From contig JADKGE010000003.1 in the NCBI GenBank assembly GCA_016717115.1, positions 21,037 to 85,036 on the forward strand: a stretch of 64,000 bases of DNA, in the 5' to 3' direction. The position numbers were made by a program, and so were the translations under genes. Positions 28,070 to 37,549 of the stretch are shown piece by piece; within the stretch, counting starts at the first letter, position 1, and each line of letters opens with the position of its first letter. Under the pieces are notes generated by a model. That model was not told the origin of the DNA and ran no database searches. It saw only the letters and a list, made by a program, of their open reading frames with translations. The DNA is from Actinomycetota bacterium (GTDB lineage: Bacteria; Actinomycetota; Actinomycetes; S36-B12).

Positions 28070-28101
28070 AAATAGCCACGAATGTGTGGTAGAAAATACC
28101 T

Positions 28102-28791
28102 GTGACCGACAGCGTGACGACCCAGGAGAGCCGGGCCAGGATCCTGCTGGCCGTCGAGAACGCCGCCGACCCGATGACGGTCGAGGACATCGCCGACCGC
28201 ACGGGTCTGCACGCGAACACCGTCCGCGCGCACCTCGATGTGCTCATGGCCGCCGGCTCCATCAGCCGCACCGCGGCCGACGCGCACGGCCGCGGCCGCC
28301 CTCGCTGGCTGTACCGGGCGGCGTCGCCAGTCAGCTCCCCGTTCCAGGTGCTGGCCGAGGCCTTGAGCATGCAGCTGACGCAGGTGGCCGATCCCGCCCT
28401 CGCGGGACGGGCGGCCGACCAATGGGCGCAGGCCCTGCCGGACCTGCCGAGGGCGGCAACGCCGGACGAGGCCGTCGCCGAGGCGACCGATGCCCTGAAC
28501 GGACTCGGCTTCACCGCCGTGGCGAATCCCCGAGGCGACGCGATCACGCTCACCGACTGCCCCTACGCCGAGCTGGTCGACGCCAACCCCATCATCTGCG
28601 ACATCCACGCCGCACTGGTGGCGCGACTGCTCACCCAGACCGGCCAGCCCGTCACCGTCGAGTCGGTCGTGGTGTGGACCCGACCGGGCATGTGCGCGGC
28701 GCACCTGCGCCGACCCGATCTCGTGCCCGCCCGCATCATCACCGCCGACGACCGAGGGACGTTCACCTCCAACGAAAGAAGCACGTCGTGA
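28102..28791 (+). CDS. winged-helix (ArsR/MarR-like) transcriptional regulator co-transcribed with narG
   Basis: ESRARILLAVENAADPMTVEDIADRTGLHANTVRAHLDVLMAAGSI. 229 aa, GTG start. Its stop overlaps the narG GTG (GTGA). Confidence 0.65.
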   Translation: MTDSVTTQESRARILLAVENAADPMTVEDIADRTGLHANTVRAHLDVLMAAGSISRTAADAHGRGRPRWLYRAASPVSSPFQVLAEALSMQLTQVADPALAGRAADQWAQALPDLPRAATPDEAVAEATDALNGLGFTAVANPRGDAITLTDCPYAELVDANPIICDIHAALVARLLTQTGQPVTVESVVVWTRPGMCAAHLRRPDLVPARIITADDRGTFTSNERSTS

Positions 28792-31700
28792 CCACATCCG
28801 ACATCGCCAGCGATGCCACATCCGAGTTCCTCGTCCGGGCGGGCCGCTTCTTCACGCCCGGCCGGGTGTCCGCCGACATGCGCACCGTCACGAAGACCGG
28901 CGGGCGCGAGGGTGACGTGTTCTACCGCGATCGCTGGAGTCACGACAAGGTCGTGCGGAGCACGCATGGCGTGAACTGCACGGGTTCATGCTCGTGGAAG
29001 GTGTACGTCAAGGACGGCATCATCACGTGGGAGACGCAGCAGACCGACTACCCCAGCGTCGGGCCCGACAGTCCGGAGTACGAGCCGCGCGGATGCCCGC
29101 GCGGGGCGGCCTTCTCCTGGTACACCTATTCCCCGACCCGGGTGCGCTACCCGTACGTCCGCGGGGTGCTCCTGGAGGCGTACCGCAAGGCCCGCGCGCT
29201 GCACGATGACCCCGTCGATGCCTGGGCAGCCATCGTCGGTGACCCCGAGACCCGGCGCCGCTACCAGCGGGCACGCGGTAAGGGCGGGCTCGTCCGGGCG
29301 TCGTGGGCAGAGGTCAACGAGATCATCGCCGCCGCGCACGTTCACACCATCAAGGCCCATGGCCCGGACCGTGTCTTCGGCTTCTCGCCCATCCCGGCCA
29401 TGTCGATGGCCTCGCATGCAGCCGGCGCCCGATTCATCAGCCTGCTCGGCGGATCGATGCTGTCCTTCTACGACTGGTACGCCGACCTGCCGGTCGCATC
29501 ACCGCAGGTCTTCGGCGACCAGACCGACGTGCCTGAGTCGGCCGACTGGTGGAACGCCGCCTACCTGATCATGTGGGGCTCCAACGTCCCCGTCACTCGT
29601 ACCCCCGACGCCCACTTCATGGCGGAGGCCCGCTACCGCGGCCAGAAGGTCGTCACGGTCTCGCCGGACTACGCCGACAACACCAAGTTCGCCGACGAGT
29701 GGATGGCGCCGCATCCCGGCACCGACGGCGCATTGGCGATGGCGATGGGGCACGTCATCCTCACGGAGTTCTTCATCCAGCGCCAGGTCCCGCGCTTCAT
29801 CGACTACGTCAAGAAGTACAGCGATCTGCCCTTCCTCGTGACCCTGAAGGAGAAGGACGGCGCCTGGGTCCCGGACAAGTTCGTCACGTCGGCCGACCTC
29901 GGCGACACCGCGGAAGGTGCAGCCTTCAAGACCGTGTTCGTCGACTCCGCCACCGGCCTGCCGCACGTGCCCAACGGATCGCTCGGCTTCCGCTTCAACG
30001 AGTCCGGCATGGGCAAGTGGAACCTCGACCTCGAGAACGTCGACCCTGCCCTGTCGCTGCACGGCGCCAGCAGCACGGAGAACGTGGAGGTGCTCCTGCC
30101 GCGCTTCGACGTCGGCCAGGCGGACAACGAGGGCGGCGGCATCCATCATCGAGGGGTACCGGCCGCGAGACTCGCCACCACCGCCGGCGAGAGACTCGTC
30201 ACGACGGTGTTCGACCTCCTGCTGGCGCAGTACGGAGTGGGACGCGACGGCCTGCCGGGCCAGTGGCCCACCGGCTACGACGACCCCGAGCCCTACACGC
30301 CCGCGTGGCAGGAGGAGATCACCGGCGTCCCGGCCGCCATGGCCGAGCGCATCGGCCGTGAGTTCGCGCAGAACGCCGAGGACTCCGGCGGCCGATCGAT
30401 GATCCTCATGGGCGCCGGCACCAATCACTGGTTCCACTCCGACACGATCTACCGCACCTTCCTGGCCCTGACGACGCTCACCGGGACACAGGGGATCAAC
30501 GGCGGCGGCTGGGCGCACTACGTCGGGCAGGAGAAGTGCCGTCCCGTGACCGGGTGGGCGCAGCTCGCGTTCGGCCTGGACTGGTCGCGGCCGCCGCGGC
30601 AGATGATCGGCACCGGATTCTGGTACGTCCAGACCGATCAGTGGCGTTACGACCGGCTCGGTGCTGACCTGCTCGCCACTCCGCTGGGCGAGGGCCGCTT
30701 CGTCGGGCAGTCGATGATCGACACGATCGCGCAGTCAGCCCGCTCTGGCTGGATGCCGTCCTACCCGCAGTTCGACCGCAACCCGCTGGACATCGTCGAC
30801 CAGGCGGAGGCCGCGGGCAGGGCGCCCGCCGAGTACGTGACCGAGCAGCTCACCAGTGGTGAGATGAAGTTCGCGATCGAGGACCCCGACGCCGAGGAGA
30901 ACTGGCCGCGTGTGCTCACGGTGTGGCGGGCCAACCTGCTGGGCTCGTCCAGCAAGGGCAACGAGTACTTCCTCAAGCACCTGCTCGGAACCGACAACTC
31001 GGTCCGCGCGACCGAGACACCCGAGAGTGAGCGGCCCAGAGACATCACCTGGCACGACGAGGCCCCGGAGGGCAAGCTCGACCTGCTGGTGAGCATCGAC
31101 TTCCGGATGACGAGCACCGGCCTGTTCGGCGACATCCTGCTGCCGGCCGCGACCTGGTACGAGAAGCACGACCTCTCGTCGACCGACATGCACCCGTTCA
31201 TCCACGCCTTCACCCCGGCCATCGACCCGCCGTGGGAGACCAAGAGCGACTACGACATCTTCCAGGCCCTCGGCCGCCGCGTCTCGGACCTGGCTCCCGG
31301 TCACCTCGATGTCCGCAAGGACCTTGTCGCGGTGCCGCTGCTGCACGACACGGCGGACGAGATGGCGGTGCCCGGCGGAGTCGTCCGCGACTGGAAGTCC
31401 GGCGAGGTCGAGCTCATCCCCGGCCTGACGGCACCGAAGTTCGTCGTCGTGGAGCGCGACTACACGGCCATCGGCGCGAAGATGTCGGCTCTCGGCCCCC
31501 TGGCGGAGACCCTGGGCATGGTCACCAAGGGTGTGCCTTTCTCCCCGACGGAGGAGATCGCCCTGCTCGCCAGCAAGAACGGCGTCATCCCCGACGGTCC
31601 GGCTGCCGGGCGGCCTTCGCTGGTCACCGACGTTCATGCCTGTGAGACGATCCTGGCGCTGTCCGGCACGACGAACGGCCGCTTGGCAGTCCAGGGCTTC

Positions 31701-32483
31701 CGCGCCGTGGAGAAGCGGACCGGCCAGCGGCTGGCCTTCCTCGCTGAGGAGGAGGAGGGCAAGCGCATCACGTTCCCCGACACGCAGGCTCGACCCGTCC
31801 CGGTGATCACCAGCCCAGAATGGTCAGGCAGCGAGCATGGCGGCCGCCGCTACACCGCATTCGCGATCAACGTCGAGCAACTCAAGCCCTGGCACACGCT
31901 GACCGGACGCATGCACTTCTTCCTCGACCATGACTGGATGAGCGAGCTCGGCGAGAACATGCCGATCTTCCGGCCGCCGCTGAACCTGCACCGACTCGAC
32001 GGAAACCAGCAACTCGGCGACGGCAAGGAAGTGACCGTCCGCTACCTCACGCCCCACTCCAAGTGGTCGATCCACTCCGAATACCAGGACAACCTCTTCA
32101 TGCTGTCCCTGTCCCGAGGCGGACCCGAGATCTGGATGAGTCCGCAGGATGCCGAGGCCATCGGTGTCAAGGACAACGAGTGGGTCGAGTCCTACAACCG
32201 CAACGGCGTCGTCGCCGCAAGGGCCATCGTGTCGCACCGGATGCCCGCCGGAACGGTGTTCATGTACCACGCCAAGGACCGCACCGTCGACGTGCCGATC
32301 ACGGAGACGTCCAAGAAGCGCGGAGGCATCCACAACTCGCTGACCCGGCTGCTCATCAAGCCCAGCCACATCGTCGGCGGCTACGCCCAGCTGTCCTTCG
32401 CGTTCAACTACCTGGGGCCCACGGGCAACCAGCGCGATGAGATCACCGTGATCCGCCGCCGTTCGCAGGAGGTCGAGTACTGA
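28788..32483 (+). CDS. narG: respiratory nitrate reductase alpha subunit
   Basis: GTG 28788 in frame in ORF 28086..32483. HGVNCTGSCSWKVYVKDGIITWETQQTDYP FeS/Mo-bisMGD N-terminus. About 1231 aa. Confidence 0.95.
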   Translation: MTTSDIASDATSEFLVRAGRFFTPGRVSADMRTVTKTGGREGDVFYRDRWSHDKVVRSTHGVNCTGSCSWKVYVKDGIITWETQQTDYPSVGPDSPEYEPRGCPRGAAFSWYTYSPTRVRYPYVRGVLLEAYRKARALHDDPVDAWAAIVGDPETRRRYQRARGKGGLVRASWAEVNEIIAAAHVHTIKAHGPDRVFGFSPIPAMSMASHAAGARFISLLGGSMLSFYDWYADLPVASPQVFGDQTDVPESADWWNAAYLIMWGSNVPVTRTPDAHFMAEARYRGQKVVTVSPDYADNTKFADEWMAPHPGTDGALAMAMGHVILTEFFIQRQVPRFIDYVKKYSDLPFLVTLKEKDGAWVPDKFVTSADLGDTAEGAAFKTVFVDSATGLPHVPNGSLGFRFNESGMGKWNLDLENVDPALSLHGASSTENVEVLLPRFDVGQADNEGGGIHHRGVPAARLATTAGERLVTTVFDLLLAQYGVGRDGLPGQWPTGYDDPEPYTPAWQEEITGVPAAMAERIGREFAQNAEDSGGRSMILMGAGTNHWFHSDTIYRTFLALTTLTGTQGINGGGWAHYVGQEKCRPVTGWAQLAFGLDWSRPPRQMIGTGFWYVQTDQWRYDRLGADLLATPLGEGRFVGQSMIDTIAQSARSGWMPSYPQFDRNPLDIVDQAEAAGRAPAEYVTEQLTSGEMKFAIEDPDAEENWPRVLTVWRANLLGSSSKGNEYFLKHLLGTDNSVRATETPESERPRDITWHDEAPEGKLDLLVSIDFRMTSTGLFGDILLPAATWYEKHDLSSTDMHPFIHAFTPAIDPPWETKSDYDIFQALGRRVSDLAPGHLDVRKDLVAVPLLHDTADEMAVPGGVVRDWKSGEVELIPGLTAPKFVVVERDYTAIGAKMSALGPLAETLGMVTKGVPFSPTEEIALLASKNGVIPDGPAAGRPSLVTDVHACETILALSGTTNGRLAVQGFRAVEKRTGQRLAFLAEEEEGKRITFPDTQARPVPVITSPEWSGSEHGGRRYTAFAINVEQLKPWHTLTGRMHFFLDHDWMSELGENMPIFRPPLNLHRLDGNQQLGDGKEVTVRYLTPHSKWSIHSEYQDNLFMLSLSRGGPEIWMSPQDAEAIGVKDNEWVESYNRNGVVAARAIVSHRMPAGTVFMYHAKDRTVDVPITETSKKRGGIHNSLTRLLIKPSHIVGGYAQLSFAFNYLGPTGNQRDEITVIRRRSQEVEY

Positions 32484-34111
32484 TGCGCGTCATGGCTCAG
32501 ATGGCAATGGTGATGAACCTCGACAAGTGCATCGGGTGCCACACCTGCTCCGTCACGTGCAAGCAGGCGTGGACGAACCGTTCCGGCGTCGAGTACGTCT
32601 GGTTCAACAACGTCGAGACCCGGCCGGGCCAGGGATACCCGCGCACCTACCAGGACCAGGAGAAGTGGAAGGGCGGCTGGACGGTCAAGCGCGGCAAGCT
32701 GAAGCTTCGATCGGGTGGCCGCTTCAAGCGTCTTGCTCAGATCTTCAGCAACCCCAACCTTCCCACGCTGCAGGACTACTACGAGCCGTGGACCTACGAG
32801 TACGACATGCTGCTGTCCTCGCCCTTGGGCGAGCACACCCCGGTAGCGCGGCCCAAGTCGCTCATCACCGGCAAGAACATGAAGATCGAATGGTCGGCCA
32901 ACTGGGACGACGACCTCGCCGGCGGACCGGAGCTCGCCCCGAAGGACCCGGTCCTGGTGAAGATCAAGGACCAGGTCGGTGACCGGGTCAAGATGGAGTT
33001 CGAGCAGGCCTTCATGTTCTACCTGCCGCGCATCTGCGAGCACTGCTTGAACCCGGCGTGCGTCGCCGCCTGCCCGTCCGGCGCGATGTACAAGAGGTCC
33101 GAGGATGGGATCGTCCTGGTCGACCAGGACCAGTGCCGCGGCTGGCGCATGTGCGTGTCCGGCTGCCCCTACAAGAAGGTCTACTTCAACCACAAGACGG
33201 GCAAGGCCGAGAAGTGCACGATGTGCTACCCACGCATCGAGGTCGGACTGCCCACTGTGTGCGCGGAGACATGCGTCGGCCGCCTTCGGTACATCGGACT
33301 GTTCCTCTACGACGCCGACAAGGTCACCGCGGCGGCGTCAGTCGAGAACGAGCACGACCTGCTGCAGGCCCAGTTGGACCTCCTCCTGGATCCCAACGAT
33401 CCCGCCGTGCAGGAGGCCGCACGTCGCGACGGCATTCCCGCCGACTGGCTCGATGCGGCGCAGCGCTCACCGGTCTACAAGCTGGCCAAGGTCTACAACG
33501 TCGCCCTCCCACTGCATCCGGAATACCGAACCATGCCGATGGTCTGGTACATCCCACCCTTGTCACCGGTGGTCGACGCGCTGCGCGACACCGGCAACGA
33601 CGCGGAAGACGTCGACAACCTCTTCGGTGCGCTCGACACGCTGCGCATCCCGATCGAGTACCTGGCTGAGCTCTTCACTGCGGGTGACCCCGCGCCGGTG
33701 CAGTCCTCACTACGCAAGCTCGCAGCGATGCGGTCCTACATGCGCGACGTCAACCTCGGTCGTGAGCCACGACCGGAGATCCCCGCGGCCGTCGGCATGA
33801 CCGAGGAGTCCATCTACGAGATGTACCGACTCCTGGCGATCGCCAAGTACGAGGACCGCTACATCATCCCCAAGGCGCACGCCGAGACCGCGAGGGATCT
33901 TGAGGAACTGGCCTGCGCAGTCGACTACGACGGCGACCCCCACGACGCCTCCGGCCCGTTCGGCTACGCGTCCGGTCGCCCGGTACCCGTCGCGGTCGAG
34001 ACGTTCCACGCCCTCAAGGAACGGCAGACCTCCGAAGTGCTGATACCGCTCGATGCGGTGCGGATGAACCTGCGTAGCTGGGGCGGGGGAGGGCAGTCAG
34101 ATGACGAGTGA
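32483..34111 (+). CDS. narH: respiratory nitrate reductase beta subunit
   Basis: CIGCHTCSVTCK, CEHCLNPACVAACPSGA, CRGWRMCVSGCPY ferredoxin-type clusters. 542 aa. Confidence 0.95.
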   Translation: MRVMAQMAMVMNLDKCIGCHTCSVTCKQAWTNRSGVEYVWFNNVETRPGQGYPRTYQDQEKWKGGWTVKRGKLKLRSGGRFKRLAQIFSNPNLPTLQDYYEPWTYEYDMLLSSPLGEHTPVARPKSLITGKNMKIEWSANWDDDLAGGPELAPKDPVLVKIKDQVGDRVKMEFEQAFMFYLPRICEHCLNPACVAACPSGAMYKRSEDGIVLVDQDQCRGWRMCVSGCPYKKVYFNHKTGKAEKCTMCYPRIEVGLPTVCAETCVGRLRYIGLFLYDADKVTAAASVENEHDLLQAQLDLLLDPNDPAVQEAARRDGIPADWLDAAQRSPVYKLAKVYNVALPLHPEYRTMPMVWYIPPLSPVVDALRDTGNDAEDVDNLFGALDTLRIPIEYLAELFTAGDPAPVQSSLRKLAAMRSYMRDVNLGREPRPEIPAAVGMTEESIYEMYRLLAIAKYEDRYIIPKAHAETARDLEELACAVDYDGDPHDASGPFGYASGRPVPVAVETFHALKERQTSEVLIPLDAVRMNLRSWGGGGQSDDE

Positions 34112-34748
34112 GCATCGCAAGGACCGGCAGGTCGCAGCTGCCCGGCTCGCGGCGTCGTGGCTGCTCTGGTACCCCGACGACCTGCTCCTCAGCCGTCTTG
34201 ATGACATCTCAGCCGTCGTTGACGACCTGCCTGATCGATTGTCGATGCCGATACGCGCATTCCTCGACTACCTGGAGAACACGCCCATCAGAGAGGTGCA
34301 GGCCCACTACGTCGCGACATTCGACATGAAGCGCAAGGCCTGCCCCTACCTCACCTACTGGACCGACGGAGACACCCGAAACCGCGGCCGGGCCATCCTG
34401 AGGTTCAAGCAGGCCTACCTCGAGTCCGGGTTCGACGCCGGCAACGTCGAGCTGGCCGACCACCTCGCCATGGTGCTGGAGTTCGCCGCGGTGGGCGACG
34501 AGTTGACCGGCGACGCCCTGCTGGCTGAGCACTCGGTGCCCATTCACCTGCTCCGGGATGCCCTCGCGAAGCTGGGCTCCGCCTACGTGCACGTGCTCGA
34601 TGCGATCGTCGTCACGTTGCCGTCCATCACTCCGGACATCGAACTGCGCATGGCTCAACTCGCAGCCTCAGGCCCGCCCGCGGAGTCAGTCGGTCTCGAG
34701 CCGTTCGGAGTCAGCGTCACCATCGAATCGATTGGGGCACGGCGATGA
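34101..34748 (+). CDS. narJ: nitrate reductase molybdenum cofactor assembly chaperone
   Basis: 215 aa located between narH and narI. YVATFDMKRKACPYLTYWTDGDTRNRG. Confidence 0.85.
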   Translation: MTSEHRKDRQVAAARLAASWLLWYPDDLLLSRLDDISAVVDDLPDRLSMPIRAFLDYLENTPIREVQAHYVATFDMKRKACPYLTYWTDGDTRNRGRAILRFKQAYLESGFDAGNVELADHLAMVLEFAAVGDELTGDALLAEHSVPIHLLRDALAKLGSAYVHVLDAIVVTLPSITPDIELRMAQLAASGPPAESVGLEPFGVSVTIESIGARR

Positions 34749-35479
34749 CCGCTTCCGAGATCCTGCTGTGGGTTGCCCTGCCCTACATCACCATCGCGGT
34801 CTTCGTCACCGGAACCGTGTGGCGCTATCGATACGACAAGTTCGGCTGGACCACACGCTCCAGCCAGCTCTACGAGCGCAAGCTGATCCGAATCGCCAGC
34901 CCGATCTTCCACATCGGCATCCTGGCCGTCCTGATGGGTCACGTCGTGGGCCTTCTCATTCCGGAGAGCTGGACGAATGCTGCCGGGCTCAGCGAGGACG
35001 CGTACCACCTGATGGCTGTGGGGATCGGCGCCGTGGCGGGAGTGTGCACGTTGGTAGGCGTATCGCTGCTGGTCTACCGGCGTCGCACCACCGGCGCCGT
35101 GATGGCAGCCACCACGAAGAACGACAAGACGATGTATGTCTTCCTCATCGCAGCGATCTGCCTCGGACTGCTCACCACGATCATCGGCTCCGGTGTCCTC
35201 GGCGACGGCTACAACTACCGCGAGACGGTCTCGCCCTGGTTCCGCTCGATCTTCCTGCTCAATCCGCAGCCCGAGTTGATGGCCGAGTCCCTGCCGTCGT
35301 TCCAGGTCCACGCGGTCGCCGGCATGCTGCTCTTCATCATCTGGCCGTTCACCCGTCTGGTGCACGCGTTCAGTGCGCCCTTCGGCTACGTGTTCAGGCC
35401 ATACGTCGTCTACCGCGACAAGGGCCCGCACGATGCCGGTAACCATGCACCCAAGCGAGGCTGGGAGAAGGTCGGCTGA
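34745..35479 (+). CDS. narI: respiratory nitrate reductase gamma subunit
   Basis: 244 aa, 5-TM pattern. ILLWVALPYITIAVFVTGTVWRYRYDKFGWT. Confidence 0.9.
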   Translation: MTASEILLWVALPYITIAVFVTGTVWRYRYDKFGWTTRSSQLYERKLIRIASPIFHIGILAVLMGHVVGLLIPESWTNAAGLSEDAYHLMAVGIGAVAGVCTLVGVSLLVYRRRTTGAVMAATTKNDKTMYVFLIAAICLGLLTTIIGSGVLGDGYNYRETVSPWFRSIFLLNPQPELMAESLPSFQVHAVAGMLLFIIWPFTRLVHAFSAPFGYVFRPYVVYRDKGPHDAGNHAPKRGWEKVG

Positions 35480-36639
35480 TGACTCTCGTCGAGCCGAGTT
35501 GGCACGACGCCCGCCAGGCCGCCTATGCCTGCGTTGCATCTTTGCCGATCGAGCGGGTCAGCCTCATCGACGCCCATGCACGAGTAGCTGCGGAGCCCGT
35601 CACAGCTCTGACACCGCTGCCGCCGATGCCCATCTCCGCCATGGACGGTTGGGCAGTCTCGGGCGAGGGTCCGTGGGTCGTGGTCGGGCAGGTACTTGCC
35701 GGCCGGGTCTGGCCAACGCCTCTCGCTCCTGGTCAGGCAGTTCTGATCGCCACCGGGGCGGCCGTCCCGGCGGGATGCGACGGGGTCCTCCGAAGCGAGG
35801 ACGGGCTCGTTGATTCGCTCGGGTTCGTGAGGGGGCGACTTCGCGAGAGTGGCGACATCAGGCCGGCGGGTGAAGAGGCCCGCGAAGGGGACGTTTTGAT
35901 ACCCCGGGGTGTTGTTCTGACGCCGGCCCGGATCGGATTGGCTGCCGCGGCGGGGCACGACACCCTCGCCGTCAGACGTCGAACCATCGCGAGACTGCTC
36001 ATTCTCGGTGACGAACTCCTCAGCGAAGGGCCAGCCAGGCACGGACAGGTGCGCGACAGCCTCGGCCCGCAACTGCCGGGTTGGTTTGATCGCCTCGGCG
36101 TTGACCTGAGGGAGTCAATCCGGGTCGAAGACACGCTCAGCGCGTTGTCGACGGCGTTGGATGAGGCGCAAGGGGTCGACATCGTCTTCACTACGGGAGG
36201 CACTGCGGCGGGACCAGTCGACCACCTGCATGCCGCTATCGCTGCAACCGGTGGCTCACTCATCGTGGACACCGTTGCTTGCCGCCCCGGACACCCGATG
36301 CTGCTGGGTGCGTGGCCATCAGGCCGCCGCCTCGTCGGGTTGCCGGGCAACCCGCTGGCTGCGATCGTTGCCCTGCTGACGTTGGCGCAGCCCCTGGTCG
36401 GTGGCCTCGGAGGCCGTCGCATGGAGCCACTGCCGAGGGTTGTGCTGGCCGACTACGTCGCGTCCCAGGGAGCCAAGACCAGGCTCGTTCCTTGCCGACG
36501 CGTTGGTGATCGCGTGTTCCCCCTCGACCACATCGGATCGGGAATGTTGAGGGGCCTTGCCGAAGCGGACGGCTTCGCGGTCGTAGCGGCCGGAGAGGGA
36601 GAGCCGGGATCGACTGCAGAGTGGCTGCATCTTCCCTGA
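35479..36639 (+). CDS. moeA: molybdopterin molybdotransferase
   Basis: PISAMDGWAV, GGTAAGPVDH, VACRPGHPMLLG, LPGNPLAA. 386 aa. Confidence 0.85.
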   Translation: MTLVEPSWHDARQAAYACVASLPIERVSLIDAHARVAAEPVTALTPLPPMPISAMDGWAVSGEGPWVVVGQVLAGRVWPTPLAPGQAVLIATGAAVPAGCDGVLRSEDGLVDSLGFVRGRLRESGDIRPAGEEAREGDVLIPRGVVLTPARIGLAAAAGHDTLAVRRRTIARLLILGDELLSEGPARHGQVRDSLGPQLPGWFDRLGVDLRESIRVEDTLSALSTALDEAQGVDIVFTTGGTAAGPVDHLHAAIAATGGSLIVDTVACRPGHPMLLGAWPSGRRLVGLPGNPLAAIVALLTLAQPLVGGLGGRRMEPLPRVVLADYVASQGAKTRLVPCRRVGDRVFPLDHIGSGMLRGLAEADGFAVVAAGEGEPGSTAEWLHLP

Positions 36640-36835
36640 TCGACATCATGATGCTCGGACTGAAGCATCGGTGGTGCTTAGGTCCAAGGACCGAAGCGAG
36701 CGTCGGTCCGGTGGGAAGTTAGCCCCGCGGCTAGCCGCAACTCCAGTGAACTGGAGTGGCCTGGAGTGGTCTGGATGGTACGAAAGCCGTTGGTAGGACT
36801 GGACTTCCCTCATGACCGTGGGGCTGGAGATTTGT

Positions 36836-36876
36836 CTCGTATTGCGTAGGTCCGGGGCTCAAGTCCCCGAGGCGGC
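36836..36876 (+). repeat. tRNA-Thr(CGU)-like 3-prime half, copy 2
   Basis: CTCGTATTGCGTAGGTCCGGGGCTCAAGTCCCCGAGGCGGC, 39/41 identical to copy 1. The upstream TTTGT cannot form the anticodon stem. Confidence 0.8.
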
Positions 36877-36960
36877 GCGGCCCGAAACCCGTTGCAGCGC
36901 AACGGGTGTGCGTGTTTTCAGGGGGCACCTACGGTGTCCACTATGGGGAATACGTCCGCC

Positions 36961-37053
36961 CACTTGCGCTGGGCACTTGCGCGACGCGCGCAAGTCGGCC
37001 GGCCGCACGCCGCCGCTACTTGCGCTCGAATGCACCCCTTAAGAGCGCAAGTG
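36961..37053 (+). repeat. arm-type repeat cluster inside the left end of the island
   Basis: CACTTGCGC at 36961 and 36974. TACTTGCGC at 37017. Inverted GCGCAAGT at 36988 and 37045. Confidence 0.6.
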
Positions 37054-37117
37054 GGTACACATAGCGCAAACAAGCGTTCCGGGTGGCCCCGACGGGCGCG
37101 ACGACGGACGACAAGAC

Positions 37118-37450
37118 TCAGGAATCGCGATCCACTCGCGGTTCGAATCCGCAATCACTCAAGTACTGTCGAAGCTCCTCGTCCCCGGAGGCCTCCGCGA
37201 TCTCGCCGAGCAGGACGGCTGCCTCCTCCTGATCCGCGTCGATGAGCCACTTCAGGGTCGCGACGTCGCCAGTCTCCGCGGCCATCTGGGCAAGAGCCGC
37301 ACCCGCCTGGCCAACGCCGGAGTCGACGAGTGCCCGCAGCAAGTCGACGTCGTCATCCGCGACAGCGAGCTCAACCAGCTGGGCGGCGGCGTCCTGGTCG
37401 CCTTCCTCCTCGACCAGTCGGCGTAGCGCTTCACGATCGTCGAGCTCCAT
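37118..37450 (-). CDS. acidic 110-aa protein with three ~30-aa helical repeats
   Basis: Repeats DAAAQLVELAVADDDVDLLRALVDSG / AGAALAQMAAETGDVATLKWLIDAD / EAAVLLGEIAEASGDEELRQYLSDCG. Lies between the att repeat and the integrase. Confidence 0.5.
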   Translation of the reverse strand: MELDDREALRRLVEEEGDQDAAAQLVELAVADDDVDLLRALVDSGVGQAGAALAQMAAETGDVATLKWLIDADQEEAAVLLGEIAEASGDEELRQYLSDCGFEPRVDRDS

Positions 37451-37549
37451 CGAGCCATCGTAAGTGGGGAACCGCCTGTGAGGTCGCGATCAGCCGGCTC
37501 GGGAACGAGTGACTCGATGACGGAACCAGCTCGTCCGACCGGGCCCGCG

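Noticed and set aside
28086-28787. N-terminal extensions suggested by the longest-ORF coordinates. Cases: narG from 28086, fdrA from 6009, the PLP enzyme from 11628, the lyase from 13061, the permease from 43931, GH13 from 45061, nthB from 21567, lacI from 42176.
   Set aside because: The extended parts overlap the preceding well-supported gene and are compositionally non-protein-like. In-frame internal starts with 4-nt stop/start overlaps or good RBS give proteins of canonical length.
36786-36876. A possible 91-nt class II tRNA (long variable arm, even tRNA-Sec), because GCCGTTGGTA lies exactly 91 nt upstream of the 3-prime end in both copy 2 and copy 3 (48580-48670).
   Set aside because: I could not fold a D arm or an anticodon arm in either sequence. 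The acceptor pairing would need two G-U pairs and a mismatch. The internal 40 nt differ completely between the two copies. The shared upstream block is more simply homologous attP-arm sequence.
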